From Owenia fusiformis (lineage: Eukaryota), in assembly GCA_903813345.2 (NCBI GenBank), contig CAIIXF020000001.1, positions 8,494,001 to 8,558,000 of the forward strand: 64,000 nucleotides of DNA, given 5' to 3'. Shown here piece after piece: positions 43,701-56,873 of the stretch (its first letter is position 1; every line of letters begins with the position of its first letter). Made by a program: the position numbers and the translations under genes. A model generated the notes under the pieces. It was not told where the DNA came from, ran no database searches, and was given only the letters and a program-made list of their open reading frames with translations.

Positions 43701-46700
43701 AGTCTGCAGTTTTTATGGAAAGATAAAGATATTACACTACTTTTGTACAAAAGCAGTAGGTTGGCAAGTCTGTGTCATAATCTTTTTTATTTACATTTGT
43801 TGGCATATCATAAGCCATTGCAAGAAACCTCCTTCATTGACATCTGTCTTTGTGTGTATATGGGATCTTGTCAAATCAGAAAGAATCAAAACTGAAACAG
43901 ATCAGTCATGTTGTAACTCATTGAATTGATGAATTCCCCCAAAGTGACCTTGTAGTCTTAGCAAATGTTGAACTAAAAACTATCTCATAACTACTTTATG
44001 TACAATTTACTTTTAGGTTATATGCTTAGATCTCTCAACTGAGATGGACAACATGACCTTTAGAACCAAGTCAGGGTAGGTTAATTAGAGATTATTTTAC
44101 CAAAACAACATGTATTTAACTGTCTTATAGACATGAAAGAATATTTTTAATGCATCAAAGTGCTATGTTTAAAATTGTAAGTAATGATGATCTTGGTGAC
44201 ATTGTCTCCAACTTTTTTTATGTACAGTGGGGGGGGTGTATAGAGGGTTTTGGAAATGCATATACAATATTTTTCAGCTCTCTTATACCATATACAATAT
44301 TTTTTCACCCCTTTTACACCATATACAATATTTTTCACAGCTCTTATACCATATACGATATTTTAGGTGAAATACAATATACGATAATTTTGAAACTGCT
44401 TTTGATTAAAGTTTGGATATTTATAAGGAAATAATATTAGGAGAGAATCCATGTACTAAAGTAAATGTATTATTATAAGGGAAATAGACTCTACATACAT
44501 ACCACAACAATTTCATTTATTACATTAAGAATAAGACACCATTCGGGTACATCCGCATGTTCAGAAAAGCTGTGACCACATTTTATTTTCAGGTAAACAA
44601 GTTGATTTAAAACACATTTATGATATAAGATTCATGACTTATCTTTAGTGATTTCACAACCTACTTTGACCAAAAAACTAACTTTAACATTTCTGCAATT
44701 TGCTAAAGCCATTAGCCCATTACCTGTAAAAGTACCATAAAGATATTCAAAATTAGCACAAAACCTGCATCAATGGAATGGGTGGAACTCAGTGTTCCTC
44801 TTTCTTATGACCTACTTTCCCATGACATATTTTAATGTCAATGGAATCCTTCATAGTGAGCCAGTGAAAAAAATCCTTGAAACATAATTGATGCAAAATT
44901 GAGAATGTGGAATAAAAGATTCATCATGTGTTCTATGAAAATAAAGTTTGCTGAGGAAAATATGTATCAGATAGGTAATGAAGATTCACAAGGCACAATA
45001 ATTTTGTAAAGCAGTTACCTGAAAATATTAAGTATTGAAAACAGTTTCAGAAATAAAGGACTTCACAAACTTCCATGTAGATAATTCATTTTTGATTGGA
45101 CTCGAGTCTGATAATTATAGTTTGAAATAAAGGCAAGACGAGACTTGATTGTTTAAACATTTGAAACAAGAGACACTTCGGGGTTTCAGATAAGGCAGCC
45201 TTAAAGACAGTATAAGTTAAACAAAGGTGTGTCAAAATAAAGCAAATTTCCATAAAGTTCAAACCACATGTTTCACGAATGATTTCAAGGCAAAGATGTA
45301 TTGATGAGAATGAAAACTACTCTATGCAACTAGAAATAACTTTCTTTTAAAGGACTTCAGACGGTATCGCAACAGATTTCAGTCATATATTGGATTTTGG
45401 CTATTTTCTGAGGATTTGAACAGGTGCATATGTTAGGCCAATGCATTAACTCCAGGACAAGCAATCATAGAGATTATAAAATAATTTGGACTTTAAGTCA
45501 GGGAAGGTGCAAATTTGCACCCCATCAACATGTTTTTTCTGTAATGTTGTCCTGATTTCCAGCCCTTTCCACACCTGTTTTTCAATGTTTGTTGCATCGA
45601 TCACTCTGTTGCGTTTTAAATGAAAATATGATTCATGCAGGGGTTTTAAAGATATCGATTTTGAATGACCAAAATTTAGCTGAAAACAATGGATCACATG
45701 AGTTTTCCCTATGGGAAAATAACATGGGAAATACATGTACTGTTTTCCACTTTATCCCAAATAAATCATATTTTAGAGGTTAACTGTGTCTCAAAACTGT
45801 GTCTCAAAGTGCAACATATTGGTGCATCAAACATTGAAAAAACATATGTGGAAAGGCCTAAAAATCAGGACAACATTTCAGAAAAACCTTCCCTGTCTCA
45901 AAGTCCAAATTATTTTATTACCTCGATGAGTGCTTGATCTGGAGGTAATGCATTGGCCTAACATATGCACCTGTTCAAATCCCCAATGAATAGCCGAAAT
46001 CCAACATATGACAGTTTGAAGACCAAATAAAAACCTTTTGCTATATTATGCTATATTAGCATTGTGATGCTTGTATTAAAACATGCGCTGTATGAACACT
46101 TTATACTCAAATATTTTAATGATTTATCCCACATACCCCGAAACACGAGTAGCCATAGTGACCATACTTTTCATCAAAGTTAAGATGAGTCAACATCGCC
46201 AACGTGCAAATGCCAATGTTTTTGCTATAAATCAAGCAACAATGGTCTGTACGACCTGTAATAAATATATAAGCAACGTTTTTATCACAAAATTCTTTGC
46301 AAATGATAGATAAAAAATAATCGAATAATTGAACGGAGGGGGGGGGGGGGGGTGAGTGAACGGAGGGGGGGTGGAGTAATATGTCTTTAAGGTGGAAGAA
46401 ATTTCCACAAGTTTGTGTACTTGAAAAATGAACTCACTTACTCAGTAACTTGATGTTACAACTCTGAAAAGTGAAAAATGGGGACATATGGAGTTAATGG
46501 AAGTTTTCATATGTCTTATAGACACATTACTCCCCCTCCGTTCAATTTTAATAACGTTCGATTACTTTTTATATAACGTATGGTAACGTGTTTTACAAAA
46601 CCAATGATGACAATAGTTTTGTGATAATTACTTCACTTACAAGTATTTATTACAGGTCGTGTAGGCCCCTGTTGGTTGATTTATAGCAAAAAATTGGCAT

Positions 46701-49700
46701 TTGCACGTTGTCGACGCTGCACTTTTTTAATAGATCTTTTATTTTAGAACTCCACAGTTCAAAAAAATCCAAGAAGACCTAACATATTCCCCCGTCCACT
46801 GCGTCTATTCCTTTAGCCATTCAATTGTAAACTTTCTCTTGAAAAAATAAATCTTCAAGATTTGTTGAATTTTCTACCAAAAACCAGCTAGATCTACCCC
46901 CCTCCGTTCATTTCTTCTGATCATCCGGCGTGATTCTTATTTGAGACTATATTTAACACCTCCTGTGAAAATTTGAATGAAAAGGGCACAAAACTCTTAG
47001 TTTGAGAAGGATTTTTTCTTAACTTACAGTATTGATTGACCTGGAATGTGGAACCAATTAGAGAGACTACTTTTCCATGTTTTTCCAACACGGTTACAGT
47101 AAGAGAGTTGGCACAATGGGGAACTTTAGGGTGCACTTTCTTCATAATTAGCCTTTTTTAATTCTAGATACCATATATTCTCTATTATAATATACCATAT
47201 TTTTTACACCTCTTATACCATATACGATAAATTTTCCCCCCTCTTATACAATATACAAGAAATTTTCAGCCTCTTATACGATATACAATATCTCTATACA
47301 CCCCCCCCTACAGTGTTTGGCATTCAGTGGTCAGCGTTCAACATCTGTAACAAATGACAAGTGGTGACATTTTGCATGTTAATGCCTTCTTTATTTTTGT
47401 AATTATTTCATCAGTACAATTTATCTATAAAATACTTTTTTTATTTGAGGTATTACATAAATAAAAGAAGTTATATTTGTATGATATCATTTCCAGTCAA
47501 CTTCTAATACATAAATATTTCTTATTGTCTCGTATTGCAGAACAGCATTTTCTCCCCTGAAACTTATAAAAAGAGCCCTAGGTATATATGTCAACTTGAA
47601 GTCCAGAATTGACAGTAGACATCAGTTTGCATTGGTCTTCCTCAGGGACCAGGCCCTCTTGGTAAATCTTCTATTTACTTCTCATTTCTCAATACAAATT
47701 CAGTTGTTTACAATGCTAGGTAACACTGGGGAATAGGGAACAAGTGAAACTCAGAGCAGATACAGTGAAGTGCATGAGGTAGCCCTGTCTTTATTTTTAA
47801 AATGTATATTAATTAAGGAATGATGTTTGTTCACTCAGATTGGAATTACTGTGAAAATTTCTACTCTCGCAGTTCAACTTTAAAACAGTGAATCTTAGAA
47901 ATGGAATTTCTTTTGAACACAGTGTTTCAAGTAATAAAAACTGCCATTAATGATGCTTATAAATCAATTTCAAAGATGTTTAGCAATGTATCACAAAATA
48001 AATGAACGTCAGTTCTCAGAATCAACAAGACGAATGTCTGGCAATTTATAATTCAATTATTTCTTGCAGATGGGCAACCTGACAACAGACCCACAAAGAT
48101 TTCTGGAACTGCTTGAGGGACTGAATACTACTTATGAAGCAGACTCATTTGACATGACTTCACTTTTCAATTCAGTGTAAGTTTGAATAGTTTTTTGCAC
48201 TTTTGATACCATAAAGTTAAACAACAGCACATGTAAGTACATGTAGTCAGACCAATTGTTTTCCATTATACATGTAGTTAGACCAATTGTATTCCATTGT
48301 GCATGCAAGTACATGTATTCAGACCAATTGTATTCCATTGTACATGTAGTCAGACCAATTGTATTCCATTGTACATGTACATACATGTAGTTGGACCAAT
48401 TGTTCTCCATTGAACTAATGCATGATTGATTTATTAATTTAATTTAATTTTTTGTTGTAGATGTGATAGGCTTGATTTGCCTAAGATAGACAATGTAGCC
48501 TTGACTCCACCACCTTATATTATACGTACAATATTCATATATGGAAGATCACACACAAAACCTCATTTCACAGATCAGCAGGTAGGACTTCAAACTCGTA
48601 ACATATGCTATATATAATAATGCTCAGACTTTAGGCAATGTCTGTTAATACCATGGTACCAAAATTTGTGATAGATGGTTATAGGTAGCGATCTGAGGCA
48701 CATCGATCAGGGTGTTGTCAGGACAATTTCTCTTGTGACTTAGGTTATGTATTTAGGTCTATCTCAACAGATTTTACTGGTCTTATGCGCCGCAAATGGT
48801 GCGAAAGATGTTAAAATTGCATTTTCGACCCTAAAATTCAGATTTCTTGGGGGTACATTATTATTTAGCTATAAAACAAAAACTAAACAACCAATGCTTC
48901 TTTCTTTTGGTGTTTCTGTTAAGAGTAATCATACTTGAAATGCATATGTAAAAAGATTGAAGAATTTTAACTTTATTTAAAAACAGCAACATTTTTTCAC
49001 CCTAAAATCATAGAATTTAGGGGGGTTGAGAGACATTGATTGGAATTGATTTTTTAATTTCTCAATCAATCTCAGTTTAATATTAATGGAACTTTCCTAA
49101 AAGTAGCACCAACATGTCCCCAACACATTACCATAAAGAAAAAACTCAAACTCTAACATGTTTTTTGCCTATATGGGTCAATTTAACTCTCCCCTCTTTC
49201 CCTTTTTAGAAGGGCGTGGCCATATTGGCATGTTCATCTAAAAATAAATACTTCATGTTCATATCCATCCTCCGATCACAGGGCTTCAAAATCCAGAACA
49301 TATTCTTTCTTTTTACCCCCAGCAATAAACAGTTACAATTTCCCCGATTAAGAACTCGCAATCTGATTGGCTGTCGCAACACTGCGACAGAAATCATGTA
49401 TAAGTCATTGTGCATAATTAGATCACGTGATTCAGTTAAATCAGGCGCGTCCAAATTGGTTATCGCAGGGGGAAGAAGGAGGTACAGATTCTGGACACCT
49501 GCTTAGGAGGATGGTTCATATCATGTTATCATTTTTATGTCACCAACAAAAAGTGGTGACATATTGTTATAGTCTCTGTTCTTTTTTGACAGTGGTCAGT
49601 GGTCGGCGGTTTGTGGTTGGAGCTTGGCAATTGGTGTCTGTAACAAATTCTTACAATTTCAAATAATTAACAAATTCTGTATAGACTGACTTCAATTGTT

Positions 49701-52700
49701 TTCAAAATCATCTATGTGTTTTCAGATATTCAAATCTGACTTTATATTTAAGATTTGACCTTCAATGACCTTTTCAAGGTCAGAAAAAGTCTTTTTTCAA
49801 CTTGCTTCAAATTAACCATTTTTTCAAAATCATCTATAAGTTATCAGAAGTTCAAATCTGACTTAAGGTTTGAGATTTGACCTTCAATGACCTTCTTAAG
49901 ATTTAAGAATATAGATTTGATCATTAAATGACATTCTAAAGGTCAAAATAGATTTGACCTTTAGTGACCTCCTCAAGGTCAAAAAGGTATTTTTTATCTT
50001 GTTTCAACTAGGTGGTGACATTTTGTCATGTTAATGCCTTGTTTTACGTGTAGCTAGTGAATGTCTTTGAAATGACATAAGCCTAATACAGTGGGACCTG
50101 GGTTAGTGAACACCTTTCTCTAGTGAACACCTGTGTAAAATGAACACCCTGTTTTCAGCACATACCTTGATTCCAATACAAATTGTCTTTCTGTATTGAA
50201 ATCTTTTTTGTGGCTCTATAGATGTTCACTTTACACAGGTTTTACTTTATACAAAACACCTTTATATTTAACTTTAATTAATAAACTGATTATCTAATTG
50301 CAATAATAAATTGCTATCTATTATTTGCAGGGAACATGTAGCAAAACAATAAGGGAGAATAGTAAGCTATTAAAGGCTTATTACTGTCTGATGTTCTATT
50401 ATTAACTAATTTGATTGATTCAATTGATGGCTTTCTCAATCCATTCCAAATTGAGGACAATGATCATTTATACTGCATATCATATGGAATGCCAACACCC
50501 TCTAATTTAGCAGATGATCTCTTAAATGCAGCATCCAAGGGCACACAAGCCTTTAAGCAATTTATTCAAGACCAATTTGTGCAGAAGGGAAAAAGTTTTC
50601 ATGACCCCATAAAAGAATGAAACTGAAAACATCTGAATTCAATGCTGGAGTCAAAAAGGTGAAAAGCTCTGGAAACAAACTGATTGAGATTAGAGCTGAG
50701 CGCAATACATTTGGCCAGTTAGTCATGTTATCAGAGCAGCATAGTATCAGTCTAAAGCGAATATTGGAATATCCCCTGAGTCCAATACCCTGGGCTCTTG
50801 GAACACCTGATGGGCTCTTGGTTAAAACAGAAAAGTCAAAATTATTACATGAGCTGGAAACATATAATATTACATGGACCCAAACCAGAAAAAACAATTA
50901 TAGTCTATGATGGCAATGCATTGTTCCATATACTTCCTGAGCGACCCAAAACATTTGGATTATTGGCAGAGAGGATCCTTCAGATGCTTCCTATAAGAAA
51001 GATTCAATTAAAGAACCAGAAAGAATACGCAGGCGTGTCTCCAAAAAGCTAATAATAAAAGGACCTAATACCACAATTCCTAACAATTGGAAGGAATTGC
51101 TTTCAAATGATGAGAATGAAATGCAGCTGAGTCAGTTGACCCTTGAAGAATGGAAAAAGATAAAAATGCTCCTAAACTCAAAGAAAGACAGATTCATGTG
51201 GTGAGATCTGTACAGTGGTAACCAGTGATAGAACTACTGTTACACATAGAGTTGAATCAAGCCTGAAATCTTCCCACAAAGAGGCAGATACAAAAATTAT
51301 ACTCCATGCAATTAACATGAAATAACTTGAAAATACAGAAAAAACTATAGTTGTGAGATCCCCAGATAGCGATGTTTTTGTACTTCTTGTGCACTTTCCA
51401 ATCTTATTCAAACTCCATTAATTTTTGACACTGGTAGTGCAGACCATATATGACTTATTAAAGGTGCAACATTTAGTGCAGGGGGGTATTTCAACGATCA
51501 TTGACCAGTGTCAAAATATATTTAAGTTTGGATATTTCATCAAGAGTAACATATATTTTTATTATCTACAAAGAAACCCCCTTGATGAACATTATTTCAG
51601 CTGATATTCCTCTTGAAACGTGGTGAATCTTAAAAATCTATAAGTGGGACTCCCTTTATAGAAGCTTTGAACTGAATTTACACTTCTAAATTAAGAGTTT
51701 ATCCATACATTTTAAGAAAATAGATATGTCAAAGAAGATGTTAAGCCAAATATTGACCTGATAGCTCAGAAAAAATTGAATTTTCTCTCTACAGTCCCTT
51801 GTTGCCCCTTTAATGTAAAGGAAGTAGGAAATGCGCTCAGTTCAGACATTTGTAAATTTGTAATGCTTTACCAGCCTTCCATTCATTCACTGGATGTGAT
51901 TCCTTCAGTGCCTTTGTGAGAAGGGAGAAAGTGTCTCCCCCTAAATTACTTATGAGAATTTCAAAAAGGTTTTGGCACCATTGGAGGGGTCATTAGTGAT
52001 CAAACTGCTAAATGTGCTGAGAAGTTTACTTGCCAGATGTATGGAAACAAAAAGTGTTCAAATATAAATGAGCTGAGATATACCTTATTCAAGAACAAAT
52101 TTCAACCAAAATCTGCTCCAAGTGTGATAACAAGCTATGAAGGCACTAACAATAAGCCTCCTACCCCCATGTACAGATTCATTACAGCAGCATCTGGCAA
52201 GGGCCAGTTATCAAGCACACATATGGAAACTTGCCAACATCCCCTCCCCATCAATTCCCTCCCCTGTGTCACATGGATGGAGGATGAAAGATGGCCATTT
52301 GGATTTCAATGGGTGTCAAATCCAGATAAAATTCTACCCCAGGACCTGGTAGATGTTATCGTATTAGATGATACTTTAGAAGATCAAAATGAAGAGGAAG
52401 TTTATGAAATACGAAGCTTTATGGATCAAATATATTCTGGTGAATAAAAACTACATTTGTGATGACAGAAATTCATACAATGAGTAAAATTAATATTATG
52501 ACTGAGTCGTGAACTGTGTATTAGATATTATTATATCACTATCTAGCTAGCGACAGTATGATTGGTCGAAACCGGGTCACATGTCGTGGGATATCTGGCG
52601 ATATTCAATGGCAATGCTAATCAGAAAAAACAACCGTGAGATATCTAGCGATATCCCACGCTCCCGGGAATTTTCAAAGAATTTGTTTTCGTTCAGTGTA

Positions 52701-54897
52701 AATAATTTAGTTCAGTGTAAGTCAAAATGGCAGACGAACCGAGTAGATTCAATGTATTTCAATGTTAACCTATGACTTAATAATATTAGGGATGTTTAGC
52801 TAGACAGTGATATAATAAAACAAATATTTCACTCTATTTTCGGTGAATACCTGTAGCACTTTCACAAGGTGATATTCCACTTGCCCTTCGGGCTTCGTGG
52901 AATATCACTTGTGAAAGATGTACAGGTATTCACCTCAATAGAGTGAAATATTTGTTCAATATTCAACTTCAGATTTTTAATATTCTTATATCTCGAGCCT
53001 ACATAGAAAAAAAAAATTGTATTATAAATAATTCACAGGTATGTACTATATGTTTACACCTAAGTGAAAATATTTTATGGTAATATATTTGATAAAATAC
53101 ATGATATGTACATGTATTCATTTAATGTGACATCATGCTACTGTTTAAATCCACATGTATGAATGGCCACACCCCTTTTATAAGGGAAAGAGGGGAGAGG
53201 TAAATTGACCCATATAGGCAAAAAACATGTTAGAGTTTGAGTTTTTTCTTTATGGTAATGTGTTGGGGACATGTTGGTGCTACTTTTAGGAAAGTTCCAT
53301 TAATATTAAACTGCGATTGATTGAGAAATTAAAAAATCAATTCCAATCAATGTCTCTCAACCCCCCTAAATTCTATGATTTTAGGGTGAAAAAATGTTGC
53401 TGTTTTTAAATAAAGTTAAAATTCTTCAATTTTTTTACATATGCATTTTAAGTATGATTACTCTTAACAGAAACATCAAAAGAAAGAAGCATTGGTTGTT
53501 TAGTTTTTGTTTTATAGCTAAATAATAATGTACCCCCAAGAAATCTGAATTTTAGGGTCGAAAATGCAATTTTAACATCTTTCGCACCATTTGCGGCGCA
53601 TAAGACCAGTAAAATCTGTTGAGATAGACCTAAATACATAACCTAAGTCACAAGAGAAATTGTCCCGACAACACCCTGATCGAAGTGCCTCAGATCGCTA
53701 CCTATTATGGTTAACTTCAAAAGTAATGGTCAAATTGATCAAATAGTAAGAACGAGTTGCTCTGATGCCCCTGTGTTTTTGAACAAATTCACAAAGACCA
53801 ATAAAATAATGTTAAAATGGCCTGAATTTCTATAGAACATCTAGATCAAATCCTGTACTTTTCATTTGATTTTACTGCACTACTATGAAAGGCCTTCTTG
53901 TGAGCATAATAATAAAGTCATACTTCAGTTATATTATCTGTTTCAGACCAGACGAATGTTACAGTCATCTCCATATTTCTTCTTTGATGCATTCTATATC
54001 CATGAGACACCGGGAGATGACAATGATTGTGAGGTTAGTTGAGCTGAAGCTCCTTCAAGTCTTGTATCATGCCTCTGTGTTCCTCACCCTATTCTTTCAA
54101 TAGATAGTTGGGAAGGGGAATAGGGGAATATGACTTGATGAGAGACTAAAGTTCTTGCAGCACTAATTTATACATACTGGAGTTTCTCTAATAAGCCCAT
54201 GGGCATTTATTTGAAAGAGAGGTAAAAAGTAAATTAATCTTGTTTTAAAACACCAATAACAATAATAGATGCCCAAAGTGGGGGGGAAGCATTCAAGAAA
54301 ACGAATAGTACCCATTGAAATTGCCTATGATACTAGTGCCAAACAAAGATGATTAGCGTAAACTTGAAATGAAATATCAATTTTATATAATTTTATAATA
54401 TATATTTTATATATTTTATATTTGATATATATTTTTTAACTTAATGTCAAGATTATTTAGCCAATGATCACTGTAAAGTACGGAAAGCCTCCTTTTAAGA
54501 AAGTTGTTTAGATTTCAGAACGTTCATTGAACAGACAACATACAGCCTGTGAGTCATCAAAGAAAAATTATGCAAACTTCTAAAACTAATCCTTGATTCT
54601 AGGATTAGGCCTATTACATTGTTATAAATATACACCTCTGTTTAAAGTAAATTTGTATTTGACTTGTCATTGATAGAAGTACAAGTATATTGTAATTTGT
54701 AAAACTACATTTTTTTGTTATTGCAGGCCATATATGATTACATCTGTGACTTGGATGACAAGGGACATTCCTATGTGTTTGAGGTTTCAAAAAATCCAAC
54801 TAAACTCTATGACTGTATGGCCCAATTTCTAGCCCATCCCCTACAGAGACCATTACAAAAGGACATTTCTTATAAAATTGAGGCCAGGGAAAAATGA
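40763..54897 (+). CDS. BABAM1: BRISC and BRCA1-A complex member 1 (MERIT40/NBA1), 7 exons, 318 aa
   Basis: Exons: 40763-41053, 44017-44075, 47541-47661, 48070-48176, 48461-48581, 53947-54033, 54727-54897 (957 nt, frame intact). The spliced protein contains PRINCPEKI|VICLDLSTEM, HQFALV, TPPPYIIRTIFIYGR, SPYFFFDAFYIH and CMAQFLAHPLQRP, matching recalled MERIT40 motifs. AATAAA at about 55146. Confidence 0.93.
41299..43027. mobile_element. Mutator-like non-autonomous element, about 225-bp TIRs
   Basis: TTATCCCGTTCCAGGAC / GTCCTGGAACGGGATAA, 9-bp TSD CCCCTAGAT. A relative lies at 58414-58959. Confidence 0.85.
41525..41821. mobile_element. 297-bp MITE with about 100-bp TIRs and TTAA TSD
   Basis: TTAA|GATGGCGGTTATAACGG...CCGTTATAACCGCTATC|TTAA, inserted in the left TIR of the 41299 element. 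Confidence 0.85.
44229..47308. mobile_element. 3.1-kb TIR element with G8/C8 ends and 6-bp TSD
   Basis: TACAGT|GGGGGGGGTGTATAGAG ... CTCTATACACCCCCCCC|TACAGT, with inverted CATATACAATAT subterminal repeats. Contains other nested repeats. Confidence 0.8.
48225..48411. repeat. short irregular tandem repeat (catgtagtcagaccaattgt.ttccatt), about 5 copies
   Basis: Directly visible in BABAM1 intron 4. Confidence 0.8.
49531..50043. mobile_element. Helentron-type non-autonomous element; short derivatives at about 4437-4500, 7016-7075 and 47315-47390
   Basis: Terminal hairpin ATGTCACCA..TGGTGACAT, internal about 120-bp TGACCTT repeats, and the end GGTGACATTTTG(T)CATGTTAATGCCTTGTT shared with three short copies. 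Confidence 0.65.
50411..52447 (+). pseudogene. frameshifted Academ-like transposase C-terminal half
   Basis: Fragments LEYPLSPIPWALGTPDG..KT.KS.L, YDGNALFH, SHKEADTKIILHA, VRSPDSDVFVLL, FHSFTGCD, NELRY and LPPCTDSLQQHLARASYQAHIWK..PSP.SHGW lie in different frames and are interrupted by a MITE. Confidence 0.8.
51462..51809. mobile_element. intact Kolobok-like MITE, TTAA TSD; partial inverted copy at about 57295-57600
   Basis: TTAA|AGGTGCAAC...GTTGCCCCT|TTAA. Confidence 0.85.
52485..52957. repeat. interspersed element with a terminal hairpin of about 138 bp
   Basis: Hairpin at 52818-52956. Inverted repeat ATTATATCACTATCTAGCTA / TAGCTAGACAGTGATATAAT around the core. Confidence 0.6.
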
Positions 54898-55806
54898 CAG
54901 CCATCTGAATTTGTGTTGAATGAGGTGGTGACAGTGCAATGACAGCAATGAGGTGAAAATAGAGAACCTAACCAACAAGTCTCACACTGAGAAAAGTTGC
55001 TGCTGCATGTAATACTAGTATGTATTATGACATGAGTATGAGAGGTCCCAGTTCATGGATGTTCATCCTCCTCTCTATCAATGGAGATGTCTGAATCTGA
55101 AGATGACTAAGGTGCTATTTAGGGAGATGGAATAGAATGTGATTTAATAAACATTCTTATTTTTCTATGTTAACAGTCAACTATGACATGTTTAATATGT
55201 TTGGAAAATCCACAGAATACCAGCTTGTCTATAACCTAAGACCTCTTATATAGAACTCATAGGTTCTAAAATGTCAATAAGTACTCATAGTTGTAGCATT
55301 GGTAACTGATATGTTGATGAAAAAGATGATGTATGTTGATTTTACTGTTAAGCATATCTTATGAATCATGTACTACAGCAAGTGCTATCATATGTATCAC
55401 CAAGTCTGCTTTGGGTCCTAAAGACCTTAGTAGGTAAATGGTATTACAATGAAAACATTCTAACTTTAAAGACAACATGAAGGATTCAATGACTATTGGC
55501 ACTTCAAACACTGATGGTGATATTTATATTAATCAGTTGGATCAAAACAAGTTTTTACTTTGAACCATACATTAAGTCAGCACAAGATGTAGAATTTCTC
55601 TTTACAGATTTTTAACAATCTACAGTGTCCATTATTTCATAGTCATGTAAGTCAACTTGAATAGCACATTGTAACAATACATTCAAATAAAGAATTGCAT
55701 TACTGTTGATAAACAAATTCTGGATTGTTATTGATACTTAACTGCCTCAATTCCTTTGGATCAAGCACATTCTGGAAACCCTGGTAATTGTACTGGCCAA
55801 TACATA

Positions 55807-56873
55807 CAGGGTGTTCCAAAAGTAATAGGACTGGTGCTGGCATTTTGTTAAATATGCACCAATCATCTTCAAAATTTTACATAATGTACTCTCATGTATC
55901 GTTACTAAAACTGCAAAGTTTTGACAAAAAATATGAAACACAGGTAGAGTTAAGGTTGCTATGGTAACATGACATCGTAATACCCGGGGCAACATTCCAC
56001 GCAGAAAGTTACATTAAGACAGAAAGAGACATTAAGCATTTTGTACATCCCATATCAAAGTTGAAATGCAACAACTGGTGGGAATTACATTTGTTTTACA
56101 TAATTTGATATTCCTATGTATCCTCTACTTTGAAAAATAGGCTCCTATTTGGTCAGTAGAAGAGTAGCACTCTGCATCCATGACTCAAACACATGAGTCA
56201 ACCCATTTGAGGACATGTCACGCATGACATGGTCCATTGAATAACTTGGAGAAGGTCATTCACATCTTTAAAGATCTTACAGCACTGTTAAGCATTCCAT
56301 TCTCCATGTAAGTAAAAATTGGATGTTGCATGATCAGAAGAGTATGGAGCATGGTTTTAGAACTCAAGACCTAGATCCTCTATAGCTGCGTGGTCTTTAA
56401 TGGTGACCTGCGGGAAGGCGCGTTATCAAGGTGGATGACTGGCTTTAAATTGGGTATTTTCAAAAACTCAACCATGAATTGTTCAGACCATAATTCATGG
56501 TGATATTCCAGGAAATTGAATAAATATTATTATTATTATGAAATTATACTTATATCTGAGTTGTATTGCAACACCTTTACAACAAAGCAACTAATAAAAT
56601 AAACAAGAAATGTTGTATTATAATAGGTGAATTAGATACTTTCTTCAGTAATACAAATATGTAAGATATCACATTTTCAGGAAAATGTTGCCCCGGGTAT
56701 TGTGATGTCATGTTACTATAGTAACCACAACTCCACCCGCATTTTATCATTTTTTCTGAAATTATACAATTTTAGTTGCAATACTTCAAAGTACAATTTG
56801 TAAAAATTTGAAGACACTCAGTGCAAAATTGACAAAATGCCAGCACCAGTCCTGTTACTTTTGGAACACCCTG
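55807..56873. mobile_element. non-autonomous Tc1/mariner-like element
   Basis: TA|CAGGGTGTTCCAAAAGTAA ... TTACTTTTGGAACACCCTG|TA, with about 190-bp diverged TIRs. Confidence 0.85.

Larger units (their letters stand above)
48682..53704 (+). mobile_element. decayed Academ-type DNA transposon with about 540-bp TIRs
   Basis: TAGGTAGCGATCTGAGGCAC / GTGCCTCAGATCGCTACCTA ends with a 3-bp TTA duplication. TIRs at 48682-49221 and 53163-53704 flank frameshifted transposase fragments. Confidence 0.8.

Noticed and set aside
48461-48581. Apparent frameshift in BABAM1 exon 5
   Set aside because: Re-reading gives ACT CCA CCA CCT TAT. The exon is 121 nt and in frame.
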